Source: Tubiluchus corallicola
Taxonomy: Eukaryota > Animalia > Priapulida
Length of the DNA: 64,000 bases
NCBI GenBank assembly: GCA_030141605.1
Contig: JAQGDQ010000022.1
Location: 620,001-684,000, forward strand
Direction of reading: 5' to 3'
Under the pieces are notes generated by a model, which searched no databases, had not been told where the DNA came from, and worked only from the letters and a program-made list of their open reading frames with translations. The translations under genes and the position numbers were made by a program. Positions 12,793 to 31,694 of the stretch are shown here, piece after piece (positions within the stretch are counted from its first letter, which is position 1; every line of letters starts with the position of its first letter).

Positions 12793-14496
12793 TTAATTAG
12801 ATTTTGGTGTGTAGATGGTAGCATTTGGATCAAGGTTAGATGCGCAAAGACTACCATCACACACGTCTCCCAAATCACTCATTCTCTGTGAAAAAGTGGG
12901 CGAATAAATCATGGATGACGTATTTCCATCAGTCGTTGGTGACATCAGTGGACCATGCGGCATTACGGCCATCATTTCCACCATCTTAGCTTTCAGTTCG
13001 TATATCTCTTGGTTTTTCTTAGCCACCTGACTCTGCGCAATTTCCAGTTGCCGACGGCAATCACCCAGCGCCGAGAACAGATCTAATTTGATGCGTGTCT
13101 CTGCACTGAGACTCTTTTCTAAATGAGAAGCTTTATCCTGCATTGCGGACAGAGATGATACTAGCGCCTCAGTTTCACTTTGCTGGTCTTTGTAAACTCG
13201 CAACGACTGAGTTTCCCGCTGCATTTGACACATTTGCTCATCTCGAATTTTCACCTCACGCTTCAGCTGTTTAATTTCATAATCCAAGTCCCGCATGGTT
13301 GACTTACAGGTCTCAGGGCATTCGGTGTTAGAAGCCGCAGCCCGAGCGGCTGCTTCTTCAACTTTTTTATTCTTTCTTTCGTACAATAACATATTCTCTG
13401 CGACAGCTTTACTTTTTCTTTCTTCTTGTAGCTTTTTCTCTAGCTGAGCTATGACTTGTTTATCTGACTGCTTGGCCTGCGTGACGTTGCTAAGCTTTGT
13501 TTGCAAGTTCTCGTTTTCTTGCCTGAGCTGGTCTAGCTCACACCGGAGTAATTTTTCTGTTTGAGATTGCTGACTTAGCTGTGAACGGAGTTCCTGTTCA
13601 ATTTGACGACTATACTGCAGATCTGCTTTATACTTTTTCATATCCAAGTCTATGTTTGAGGTAGGAGTATCCACTCGTGTAGAACTTGGTGTCGAAGATG
13701 AGATTTCTTTTTTAGACTTTTTACTTTTTTCTACAACATGTTCAACAGTGTTCAATTGTTTGACACGTTCATCACTCACAGTATGCGCTGACCCGTTGTG
13801 CTTTGGCTTTTCAACAGCTGGAGTCGAAGGCGCAGTAGACAAAACGCTTACATGATTCGTTTGTGGTTGTTCCGCCGGTAAAGCTTGCTGTAACAGCTGA
13901 TAACAGAATTTGTTATCTTTTGCGACATCTTTTTGTTTTCGTTGAAGGAGTCGATAGCCCATATAACTTTTAAAGCCAAATCCCAGTGTAATGATTGGAT
14001 AGCCAATACAATGTGCAGCAAATGGCCTACACAAATCTAAGTGGAACGGAAGTGGTCTGACGCTAAAATCTTTGAGTCTTATAGAGCCTTCGACATAAAC
14101 GAACAGCAACCACAAAGATACCGTAGGCAAGCATATACCACGTTCCGTATACCACACATATTGCACCCATACGTATGTACTGGCAGCAAAAAATAGCCAG
14201 TTGACTGGTATAAATAGAAGACAAATCATGTCCGAAGTTAATGCGAGGCAAATAAAAAACACCGAGAAAGCCAGTCCCTGATACTTGAATGAGTCATAGA
14301 CGCTGTTTATCATCAACCAGAATGGCCACAAATATTCGAAACGGAACTCCAGGATAAAGTCCAAGGTCAGCATGATAGCCCACACGAGCAGAAATTTCAA
14401 GTAGATGAATGTGCTACTATAGAAACTCTCGGCAATCCTGCTTCGTTTAAGTTGGCGTCGTGATTTTCCTGGTTCCGTACTTCTTCGCTTCATCAT
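12793..14496 (-). CDS. MACO1: Macoilin (TMEM57), single coding exon, ~567 aa
   Basis: N-terminus MMKRRSTEPGKSRRQLKRSRIAESFYSSTFIYLKFLLVWA, then EFRFEYLWPFWL, DLCRPFAAHCIGYP and the C-terminal coiled coil SLSAETRIKLDLFSALGD, all macoilin hallmarks. A splice acceptor (TTTTTTCAG) at 14521-14522 lies just upstream of the ATG, so the ORF-track start at 14586 is too long. AATAAA on the minus strand at 12552-12557. Confidence 0.96.
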   Translation of the reverse strand: MMKRRSTEPGKSRRQLKRSRIAESFYSSTFIYLKFLLVWAIMLTLDFILEFRFEYLWPFWLMINSVYDSFKYQGLAFSVFFICLALTSDMICLLFIPVNWLFFAASTYVWVQYVWYTERGICLPTVSLWLLFVYVEGSIRLKDFSVRPLPFHLDLCRPFAAHCIGYPIITLGFGFKSYMGYRLLQRKQKDVAKDNKFCYQLLQQALPAEQPQTNHVSVLSTAPSTPAVEKPKHNGSAHTVSDERVKQLNTVEHVVEKSKKSKKEISSSTPSSTRVDTPTSNIDLDMKKYKADLQYSRQIEQELRSQLSQQSQTEKLLRCELDQLRQENENLQTKLSNVTQAKQSDKQVIAQLEKKLQEERKSKAVAENMLLYERKNKKVEEAAARAAASNTECPETCKSTMRDLDYEIKQLKREVKIRDEQMCQMQRETQSLRVYKDQQSETEALVSSLSAMQDKASHLEKSLSAETRIKLDLFSALGDCRRQLEIAQSQVAKKNQEIYELKAKMVEMMAVMPHGPLMSPTTDGNTSSMIYSPTFSQRMSDLGDVCDGSLCASNLDPNATIYTPKSN

Positions 14497-17400
14497 ATTT
14501 GTTACCCAAAATGGGTGATACTGAAAAAATAAGCAAAAAACACCATAAACATACACGAAACGCTGCAACTGGCACAGCTTATGCACTTTGAACTTGCTAG
14601 TTTACTATACTATATTACTATAACATTAAACATCTGACACTTTGCAAAAGAAACCAAGGCCTAACTAATCAAGACAAAATATTAACCATCAGTGTTGTGT
14701 AGTTTTATTTATTGCTAATAACCAGTTGAGCAAAAAGGCAAACATGTTCCAAGTACTTTTTTGTTCTTTGCCATTTGTTCAAGAGGCTTACCACTTCAAC
14801 CAATACTCCAAAACGTTATCGATTGACCATCTCAGATTTTATGGACATCTCACCAAAAATAGATGTTGTAAAAGTACATCAAAGCTCTGAATTCAACTTT
14901 GTGCTTGACGCTACTGGGTTTTACTTAGAATGCTAGAGTTTTCTTAGCAAAGTTCTAAACTTATGGAGTTTTTAATATATTTAATGACATTTGCCCTCTT
15001 TGTTTACTTGTAACATACAAAATTCTTTCTTGTTAAATGAGACAAAAAAGCACTAAGCTGGATTAAAAAAAAGTTCGTCTATCACACTTTCATAATTATT
15101 ATCACCATGGCGATTTTGGCAGACCAAAGCTGAGCAAATAGCGAAAAAAATAAACATCACATTGGAAGTAACTTAGTAACCATAAGCAAAGCAGTTGTTT
15201 TTTTATTTTAAACATGTTTTTTGCAGCTAGTCTATATACTACTTTAACACAATTGCGATGTTTATATGTTCATCCTAAAGGACAGTCTTTATTTACTAAG
15301 CTGTAACGTTGACTTCTCAATTACTAAATGATACAAATTAATATCAAAATGTTGCATCCGAAAACTAGTTAAATTACATTAACTCCTAATCCCACAATAA
15401 AAAAGCATCTTCACAAAGCACGTAAAATTAAGTCGCTTGCTTGTGTGAGTATTAGAACAAAATATTCCAACAGTATAAAATAAATAGAAACATAAAAAAA
15501 CTTGTTATCATGCCACCTGAACAATCTGTCAATCTATACAGAAAGCTATAGACATTGTTTCACTGCACTTGAGAATAGGGGTGGACACCATTCTGAGCTG
15601 GTAAGAAAAATTTACATGCTCTTGTCTGGATTGGGCTGCAGCATTAATTAGTGCAAATGTTTGCACTATGAACTTGAAAATGGGTTGTAGGCCTAAATGA
15701 TTTAACGCACAGCTGATTTTGACTTTATCTTTGATTTTAAATAACTTAATGCATTTTTGCATGAAATTCTAACTTTTTTCAAAATGTTTCCATATCAAGG
15801 TCTTTGATTCCATAACTAGAACTAAGTTTGTACAGTATAGATGACTTCTCAGTGAATTAGTCGGACATTAAGCTGACAGTGCAATGATTGTTTTTCTGCC
15901 AAATGGCGGCAAATGAATAATCAAAAAACATTCAAATCTTCGAATAATCGAATGTTTACGCACAACACTACTTGAAAGTGTTTGTCAAAGACAGTGATTC
16001 TTATTTGGTCCATGTCTTGTAGTCAGTTCCAGTTACAATTACACAATCTGCACTCATAACAATAATTATTTCTTTTCTCACACAAAAACTTTAGATCCTT
16101 TAAAAGTTACATGGTAATCGCAAGAATCGTAGCTTTAACACCGCTTTGGCTGTTTAATCACCTACCAGTACATATACTAATTATTTGGAATTTAGAAAAA
16201 GTTTAATTACTAGAATTACAGCCATTCCATTTGGGTCCAGTTAGGTATCTTGCAGTTTCGTTTGGCCTACCGTGGTTTCAGCTTAGCTAATGTTTGGGAA
16301 GATTGGATTCGTTTAACTAATATTTTTTTGGGATTCTGCACAAACCTACATGTGACTTTGCTTGGGGTGGCACACATGTATCAGATAGTATAGTAAATAT
16401 ATAAAGTATAAATATATGTTTTCATGGTATGATATATACCGGTACACAACCAGACAGCTAACTTTTAAACTTGTTAACCTTCAGATGACATCAGCTTAAT
16501 GCACTCCATTCTTGGACACTCATACTTGCTAGCCGCAGCTGGTGACTCATGTTCAAGATGTAGATGCAAGTTGTATTTAACTTATGCATAGGATTTCGTT
16601 AATCATTAATGATTACTCAATAGACTGTTTTAATTTTGCTTACTTTTCTTAGACATATATTGTTGCATATGCAACATACATCTTCATTACTTGAATTTGT
16701 AAAGTAAGATAAATTCAGGATCATCAGCTAGAATAAATAGGCCTACCTGAAAATAAAATTGGCGCTCATTTTTATATAGGTCTCGGAGGTAAGTTTATGG
16801 GTGCAACATACATGAAAATAATGTAACAGGAAATATTTTGCAATATCAGATTGTATCAAGTTTGTACCCAAAAGTAAATATCGGCATCATAACAGTTATC
16901 ATGGAAAAACCAGTATCACACAATACTAGTTTTAAATTTGAAGACATTTCTGCATTTTGAGAGCCTGCGTTAGCAAGAAATAACTTGATATATCTGTGCA
17001 TGACTGACACCAATTAATGGGGTAATTTGCAGTTTAGATGGTTCCCAATGTAAGATCTACGAAAAGTCGTCTTTATTTTTAGGTTAGTGATTTTAAGATA
17101 GCAAAACCACTAAATTGCAAGTGCATGTTTCAGTTTGGCATTCCACATTATGTTTCTAACATCACATAGTATTTATGATGATGTGCTAACGCAAAATGCG
17201 AATAGGCCTAATAAAACCCAATACCTGCCAGGTAAAATGTCAGTATCTCCACAAAATTTTAGTATCTATTTATTACATCGCTTCAAATTCTTCAACAGAA
17301 TTAAGTCTACAATACTAAATTATGACGCTAAACAAGATAAACAATCAAGGACTGCCGAAGACGCAACAATTAGAAACATGACAACTCCTGAACGTAGCAA

Positions 17401-17611
17401 CAGATTGTGCAAACGACGAATTTGTAAAATCCGGCTTACAAGCTTTAACAACCAGGTTATTTATTCATTTGCTAACACATGCTAAGCAACCAACTTAATC
17501 TAGTGTCACTAAGAAAACCAATAGGCACGTAATATTACCAAAATGATTGCCCCAACTAGTCACACCATTAAACATTTCCCGCAAAACAAAAACGAAATAT
17601 CAGAAATGGTT

Positions 17612-17770
17612 ACCTTTTAGTTCCCATATCACTCACCAGAAGTACGACCATAAACAAAAGAACAGTAGTTTTTTTAGTGCATCTTCTCGGCGCTGTTCAG
17701 TGGCTGTAGACGCTGTTGAACGTGGAGATGGATGATAACCGATGACTCTGTTAGCTGAAGCGGCTTGTTA
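17612..17770 (-). promoter_or_regulatory. Probable non-coding first exon / promoter region of macoilin
   Basis: Locally CpG-richer stretch ending in donor-like GTGAGT (17636-17631) and GTAAC (~17613) on the minus strand. It is head-to-head with eIF2-alpha. Confidence 0.45.
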
Positions 17771-18539
17771 ATTTGTTAAAGATTATTAGCAAAATGCAAA
17801 GTCCAAATTAAACTAGATTAGATCGACTTAATATTGTGTCATTAAATCGTCGACACCGGTTTTTACTCCTGTTCTTAAAATGTAGAAGTCAGACAACAAT
17901 ATTATTCTATCACTGTCTTAAAATTAATTACATCCCTTTCATAACTACTATAATCAATAATAATAATTATTATATCTCTTTTAGAGACCACGTCACATAA
18001 ACAGGCATTTATAATTACATTTTGATGGCAAACAAGCAGTTTAGATTAGTTTGTAATTAATAGTTAAATTAACGATACTGATGATGATGCCACAACAAGA
18101 GCAAGAACAAAAACAATAACAATTTGAAGAATAAAAAATGGAAAATCACAAGTTTAAAGAATCCATATTTGCTTGAAAAGCCAATTATACTATGCAGCAT
18201 AATTTTAAAGCCCTCTCGGCTTCAGATCTGTCATTATACATTGTTAAATAATTTGTATTTGTAGCTTGTACTTTTTATAATCTGTAACTATAGTATTTTT
18301 ATTATTTCTCGACGATCGTAGTTGTAGATGTTTTTTGTAATATATTTGAAGGTGTACTTGTAACTGTGTGTGTGTATTTTTACGCAATTTATGACCTAGA
18401 TGTCGAAATAAAGTTGATAATAATCTAATCTAATTCAACTGACTTAAATACATATGCCACAGCTAATATAATAATAATAATAGTAATAATACTTTATGTA
18501 ATAACTGCTGTAATTGCTATAACTGAGAATTTGTAAATT

Positions 18540-19500
18540 CATTGTGGCACCACTGCGAAGAGAGCACGGTTAGGCCACTAGAACATTTTTTCCCATTGAG
18601 CTAACATGGGATCGAGGAATTTAGATGGTATCTGCCCCAGTACTTATCAAAAACACATGCCTTAAACTGGTCAATGCTTGTTGCTTCAACAACATTGGCT
18701 TGGAAATCTGGGTGAGAATATGAGCTGTCATTTTGTGTAACTGCACTGCATACAATGCTTAATTACTTTACATGAATGCCCTCTTGTAGTCTGGTCTGTT
18801 ATTGTTGACAATTTGCAACACAATCGTCTGTGTACTCTGTATATGTTTTCTCAATTAGATCGAGTTCGTGAAGCCTTTGTGAATGGGCTCAAGAATGAGT
18901 TCAATGCCACACCTACGTAATAAAGGCTGGGTCTGACGATAAGTTTGTACAATCTCAGAGCTTTTGCTTTATCAAGGAATTGAAAATTGCACTTGATTAG
19001 TATCAACCTGCTTGAACCAGTTTAGTGATGTGAGCAGTACATGAGACCGAAAGGCAAAATTGCTGTCAACAATGACTCTGATGTCTGTTTCCTTATCAAC
19101 TTTGCTAATACTAGGCACTTGATTACCACAGCTGATGGCGCAGTTGGATAATAATTATACAGCAGTCATAGCATTGCATTTCTCCATGTTGTGGTCTAAG
19201 TGGCATTTGTTGCTCCATTGATATTGCTTTGAAGATTGACCTGTACGGTTGAGTCACATGTCTTGTCGTATATATTGGCTTCATCAACAAACAATTTTCT
19301 GACATAGTTATGTTAATAGATAAATCATTAAAATAAGTAAATAATAATGATCCGATGATGCTGCCTTGTTGAATTCCTGATGTGATAAGGCTCCTTGTAG
19401 ATCGATTTGTTTCATTGTCAATTACGCGTTGTTTTCTATCTCTTAGAAAACCAAAAAATCCATTGCCATATCGTCTTTCCGTATCATGAAACAATTAAGT
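18540..19500 (-). mobile_element. Decayed non-LTR retrotransposon (LINE, CR1/L2-like) reverse-transcriptase fragment
   Basis: ORF 19123-19494 contains FLRDRKQRV and SGIQQGSIIGSLLF, a worn form of the RT motif SGVPQGSVLGPLLF. Frameshifted. Boundaries approximate. Confidence 0.75.
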
Positions 19501-20566
19501 CCCTCCGTTCTTAAGTGAGGAAACAAGTCCAGAAGTCCAGAGTCTACTTTTAGAAAGGTTCTTTGGAAAACATGCAATTTTCTGCAAACCTTGCATGGTT
19601 AATTTAGCTGAAACATCTGCAGAACAATTTAATCAGATTTTAACATACCCTTACACAAAAAAGGTTTTTCATGCCTTGTTCATCCCTGCACATTGGCGAA
19701 AGCTCATTTATAGCTACTATAGCCATAACAAATTTTTATTTTTGTAAGTGCAGAAAAGCTAAAATATTATAACAGTGCAGTACACATTGCGTGCAGGAAA
19801 AAACTGCTATCTGTATTGAAAAGTCTTATGTTGCAGCGAAATTTGCCAGAAAATTGTAGATTGAATTAACCTAATGACAGATTTAGGCATTATGTTTAGT
19901 CTTAACTCCATAGTTGGCAGAGTGTAAAAAGAGGAAGTGACGAACTTTTTGTTACGTATTTCGTTTTTGCGATTAGCGGCTACTCTGGCGGCGATGATAA
20001 AAAAATTTTGGGCAGCGCTTTGACTGTAATAATAATATTCCTATGTTCACCAATAATGTTGGCATACGCGCAATATCGATAAGCCAAAGTCACTTTTGCG
20101 TTTTTAATAAGAGAAGAACATCTCAATTAAAAGCCATTAATAGTTTAAAAAACTGAAAACATTTCATGAAAAGGAAAAAAATGTAGCAATAAGTTTGTAA
20201 TATGTATGCAAATACTTCTTCAGTTTTCTTGCCTGTAAAATTTTATTGTTCTTCCTGAGGAAAGAGGCTAGCTGCGTGATGGGCTGCCTACTATGTAAAA
20301 AAGTAATGCATTCTTTTTACATTACTGTGGTCCATATTCTTTGATAGTTGGTGCTGTGACAGTAGCTGTTTTGGGCTGGTGTACCAATCGTACTAAGAAT
20401 TCAGAAGCTTTAGCTGCAGCGAAGCAAATGGCGTTCTGCTGATTTTCTTAACGTGTGTCTGTGTTTTAATAAAAATTTTGTTAGTTTGCATTTTTGTTAA
20501 AGAAAGTACGTAACATATTTAGCTAGTATTCAACTAAGTAAAGATAGCAGGGATTACAAAAAAAAT

Positions 20567-21521
20567 GGCGCTATTACACTTTCGCACCGCCTAGTTTTTT
20601 TGTAGGTTATTACTCGTTTCTAGGCTAGTAGGTCATTATTCTATTATTCTCACGTCATCAGTGAATGTTTCCGCTAATCTCGTGGTAATTTAATCATATA
20701 TTTAGGTATAATTACCAATAATTACGTTGTATTCACAGTTCTACACCTATACAGTTCGTATCGCCATCTTGTTCGTGTGTGTAGTCACGTGACGAATTTC
20801 GTACTAGTTTATGCATTATCAGGGCCTAGCTTAAAACGCACGTGACACACTCATCTTGACCACATTTATGAAATAAAGAAAAAACCTTTACTTTTTTATA
20901 ATCTAGTAATAGTAATAATACTACAGTAATAAATAAAATTAATGATAAATAACTGTAGTGGTCTAAAATAATTTCCTCGTATATGCCAGCTTGGGTCTGA
21001 CAGAGAAACAAAAAATTCGGGAAGTCTTTGAAGAAAAGACAATGACTGGCACAGGATTATAATGGCATTTTAGGTTTATATACTCATTATCACCACCATT
21101 ATTGCAGTGCTATTTACAGATATGTACGCTTGTAATTAATTATTATATACAGTGTTCCCTCACTTATCGTGGGTGTTCCATTCCAGGCCCACCCGCGATA
21201 AGATACAAACTCCCGTGGCTGCAACCCTAATAATCATAAATTATGCGAAGAAACTAAAAATACATGTTAAGGGCCACATCGTCACTGCGCGGAGAGCGAT
21301 TGCGCATTAGTGGTGTAAACACAGTTATTCACGTGGAGCTTTTTGCATGATGGTGACGGTAAGTAATGCATGATTTTAATCTGGAATTGTAAGGTCTAAA
21401 AACCAATAATATTATGGGAATATGGTGTATATTACGCCTGTTGGTCTGCTTTCTGGCCTGCAGGCGTGAAAACAACCAATAGGCCAGAAAAAACTAGGCG
21501 GTGCGAAAGTGTAATAGCGCC
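20567..21521. mobile_element. Non-autonomous Mutator/MULE-like TIR element (955 bp)
   Basis: Perfect 34-bp TIRs GGCGCTATTACACTTTCGCACCGCCTAGTTTTTT (20567-20600 and 21488-21521). Flanks CAAAAAAAAT / CAAAAAAAT look like a 9-10-bp TSD with one A indel. Confidence 0.8.
21150..21220 (+). mobile_element. Tc1/mariner (pogo/Tigger-type) MITE end nested in the MULE-like element
   Basis: TA|CAGTGTTCCCTCACTTATCGTGGGTGTTCCATTCCAGGCCCACCCGCGATAAG, a pogo-like terminus with an internal hairpin. The partner end was not found. Confidence 0.5.
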
Positions 21522-22391
21522 CAAAAAAATTATTTCGTTTTTGTTACACTTATTCGTTGAACTGTATGGCTAGACTTGATAAAGTAAATTATACTATTAC
21601 TAAATATTATTCATCGTACTATTACTACATTCAAGATGTGTACTGAGCTGAACAGTTTCACTATACTGAGTAGATGAATGATTGCAAATGAATGCCTGTA
21701 TTACAACTGCTTGCTTCATTTAACTGCCGCTTTTTGGATTATCAGTTCAGGTTCAACCAGAGATTACTAATAATTAATACTAACAATGGAGGGTACATAG
21801 TGGTGTAAGGGTTCATACTTGTCCTTATGGCTACTGCACCACTCGCCTTTTTCATTTTTAGCAATGTAAGGCTCGTTAGGAAATGTAAATTGGTTATTGG
21901 TTAACATGGTTTCTTTGTTAATTTTCTGTCACTGGGCCTGTTCCTCTGATTCATAATATTTTTTTCACAAAAGTTTGCTGGCAGGTGTATAGATTTGAAA
22001 TATGAGAGAGCTTAAATACTGAATGGATTTACCTATATTATGGTGTATTGTATTGTATTGTTGCATGATGTATATATATCATACTTGTGCGATTTTTGCT
22101 TTATGCAGGTGAAGTTTTTTAGCTTTCATTCTTATTATGAATGTTATAAATGAATGGTGCAAATATTTTTAAGGGTACAGCACTGCCCCCATGTCCGATT
22201 GGTAGTGGTCTACTTATGGAATCCGAACATTGCACTAGCAGCAGTGGCCATTCCTGGTGGCAGTCTCAGCATACTACTCAGTTAAATTTTGCTGGTAATT
22301 GTGATGTGTGCCTTAAAAATTATGTGCCCACAGTGATTTGCAACTGCTTTTCTTGTAAAGTATGCTAAAAATATTTCATTTTTGTTTTTAG

Positions 22392-28434
<6,043 letters not shown>

Positions 28435-31400
28435 TATTGAAATGTATATAATGACTTTTGGCAATTCTGTTGAGTAGTATTTTATGGTGTTTTAATGTGA
28501 GTGTTGTTTTTATACTAAACGTTTCTGTGCTAATTGGAAGTGTTTCGGAGATCTTTAGAAATTTGTGGTTTTGGAAAGTTGCTGAAGCCTTAGGTTTATA
28601 TGTGTGAGGAACTTTGGCTCTGCAACTTTAATTAGTACTCATTATTGTTATCGCTCCGTGGAAAATCAGTAAACTGAATCAGTGTGAGTGGTTAACGTGA
28701 ATAGGTCTAAAATATGAAAATGCCATTGTAACAGCTGTTGTTTTATGTAGCAGTTAAAGATATATGCTAAAGTTTTCATGTAATTAGGACCTATATACAG
28801 GTTATCAGAACTTTTCACTTCTTTCTACTGTTACCATTCTACATTTTTTTGGAACTTCATCAATCCATAATTATAAATTAATACTATGAAGTCAAAACTG
28901 AAAATTACCCAGTTTGAGATGACGCAATAGATTGCATGGAGTTTCATTCTCCTTTTCATGAACTTGTCAATGTAAGCTCAAATCTTGAAAGTTTTAAAGA
29001 TACATTTGTTTCTTGTTACTTTTCTGTATGTATCACCGCTGCACTTTCTATAGTTTTACATGTAAACAAACACAAAAATTTGTTACTGTTGCAAATAGTT
29101 TAAGTTGTCACAAAGTGATAGAGACTGCATAGGGTGCTTCACCAATAAAGTTTAGCGGTCAACAAAGAATTTGTTAATATGTATGCCATTAACTGCACAC
29201 AAATGTTAATAGTAGATAAATTGCTTTTTCACTGTTTGCAGCAAATGCAGAACCTTTTTCCAAGAAACTATTCTGGTATAAAGATTATGATGTTAACTCA
29301 CCCATCAGGTGTCTTGCATCATATTTATGGTCACATGAGCAGAAATACAGGAACTTTATTACGTAACATATCAATTTATAAAGCAGGATAAGTCTGATTA
29401 CCTGGTGGGACTTTCAAAGTCATCAAGATTAAATGAAAGTCACGTACAAATTACTATTATTTTCATACACGTAACATATAAGCATTATATAGTTTTATAA
29501 GTTATGCAGTTCATAATCAGAAGAAGAAAGCCATTCCAAATTCTCTCACTAATTTTCTAGAATTGCTATAAAAGTAGTTTATATAAAAATTTTGATGCTG
29601 ATTATTGGTGATGTTTTCGTTACGTGTTTATTGCTATATCACTATGGAGGAAAAACAGTCTTAACCTTGCGCCCTCCATTTCACTGCTGAAAGTACTATA
29701 AATATACAAAGTACCTATGTACGTTGGCATATACTTTTTTCTTGTAACAGGCAAGATTCACTCTCATTGTTATTTAGCTTTACCAGGATTATAAATCATT
29801 TTTCCATAACACTTGCTCAGGTATTTGCATATATTTGTATACCTGCTAATTGTTAATGTGTGCACGCTTTCTGCAATCATCGTTAGTTAAATTGATTCTG
29901 AGTGTTGTATATGCGTACATCTTATTTTACTTTCTGCATGATGATTATCGTCATCAATCAGAAAATCCTACAGAGCTTATTCGTAGTTAACACCCGTCAA
30001 AAGCACATTACAGCTGCCCATTGTTTTCATGAACATGGCAATTAGTAAACATGGATGAGACAACTGTATTTTATATGCTGTTCGTGATATAATGGTCCGG
30101 GTGGCTATACGTCATGCTGCATTTAGTTATGTGGGGGGGGGGGGGGGCTTCCGGTTTACATTAGTCTGTAATTGAAAAATTGTTATAATTATTGTTTGAT
30201 ATCAGTCAAATAAAAATAAAAGTCTAAATCAAAGGGGTAGTTATCAGAACGATTGACATTGTTACCAATGTCAACACACTAATTGACATTGGCTTCTGAA
30301 ATTATGTTAAGTCAGGCCTCTGCTTCTTTTGAAATTGTCGTCATGTGCAAAGGCGGAGCTGTCACTTTTTTATCTGACCACACTTTGGTCACGTGGTTTG
30401 GAAAAAGTTACGTTATTCATAAATTTTAGTAAGTAAACTAATCAAGAAATAAAAACACATATACATAAAACATTTTTCTTAGTTTGTTGACAGCATAAGA
30501 AGATGACACGTTTATTGCACAAAAATGTGCTCCCTGAAATGATAATGAACTTGGATTACATTCATGACCAACAAAAGAAACACTGCAAGCTGACTGGTGA
30601 ATGATGTTACACCCGAGGTTGCATAGCTATTGCGACTCCCCGAACTCGGGGCATGTTCTTCATCTCATTACCCTCATTATTTTAGGGCGACAGAGATCTG
30701 GGGTTGACCTAGTGATGGCCATTTTGGAAACTTTTCCGAATCCACCTACCAGTTTTGTTTTCCTAAATTTTGCAACGAAATATGTTAAAGTTACCCTGAA
30801 TCATTTCTTTCGAACAGGCAAATGTAAACTATCGTGCTTTTGTCGGTAAATTAAATTAATTCAAAACCCAAAAGTGGAGACCGCCAAATTATGTATCGTG
30901 TGTTTAATGGTAAAACTGGGGTAATTAAGGTGGCGTAATGAAGGCTTTGAAGAGGAGTTGTGCAGATGATCAGAAAGCGTAGCTGCAAAATTTAACGCGT
31001 GTAAGTGTCAGTGTTATTTTCAAACTCTGCAACGACAGTAGAAGAAGTTCGCGTAAATGACACCTGTTGGATGACAATTTTTTCTAATTGGTGGCCAGGT
31101 CACTATCATACACGTGGCGTAAGCTATTACTTCCTACGTAAAATTTCGAAGCTCGCACTGAAGTGGATTTACTCAACTTTCACTAAAGCCTGGAGGTTTA
31201 AGATCAGGCCTAGCATATAATTTTTCATTGTTGTAAATGCTTTGTATGTGATATAAAAGTTTTAAACGCTTTATTAATTTTCGCAAAGTTTTGCTACCTA
31301 AGGCGAGTTGTACTTAAAATGTAGGACAAAAGCACATGGTTTGTATCACAGTACATTTCCTGTTGCCTAGGGCTCCAAGTCGACGTCCTAAACTCACTTT

Positions 31401-31694
31401 TCATTTTACCAACACCTGTTTGATTCCCCATAGGAACTAGCGTGACTTCATGAGACGCGGAAGACATTCAGTCCATAAAATAATGGCGACGCAACTATGC
31501 CGCTGTCCCCGAGGCTTTGAGTCATATTTATTTGTACTTTGATGTAGATAGTGGTTGTCAGTTAGCGGTAGATGTGCAGGACCCATCACACAGCGTGGCG
31601 AGTTTGTTATAAATTTATTATTACACCATATTACGCAGTGAGAAATAGTTTGACGTATTACCATTCAATTCAATTCAATTTTCCTTATTTAAAC

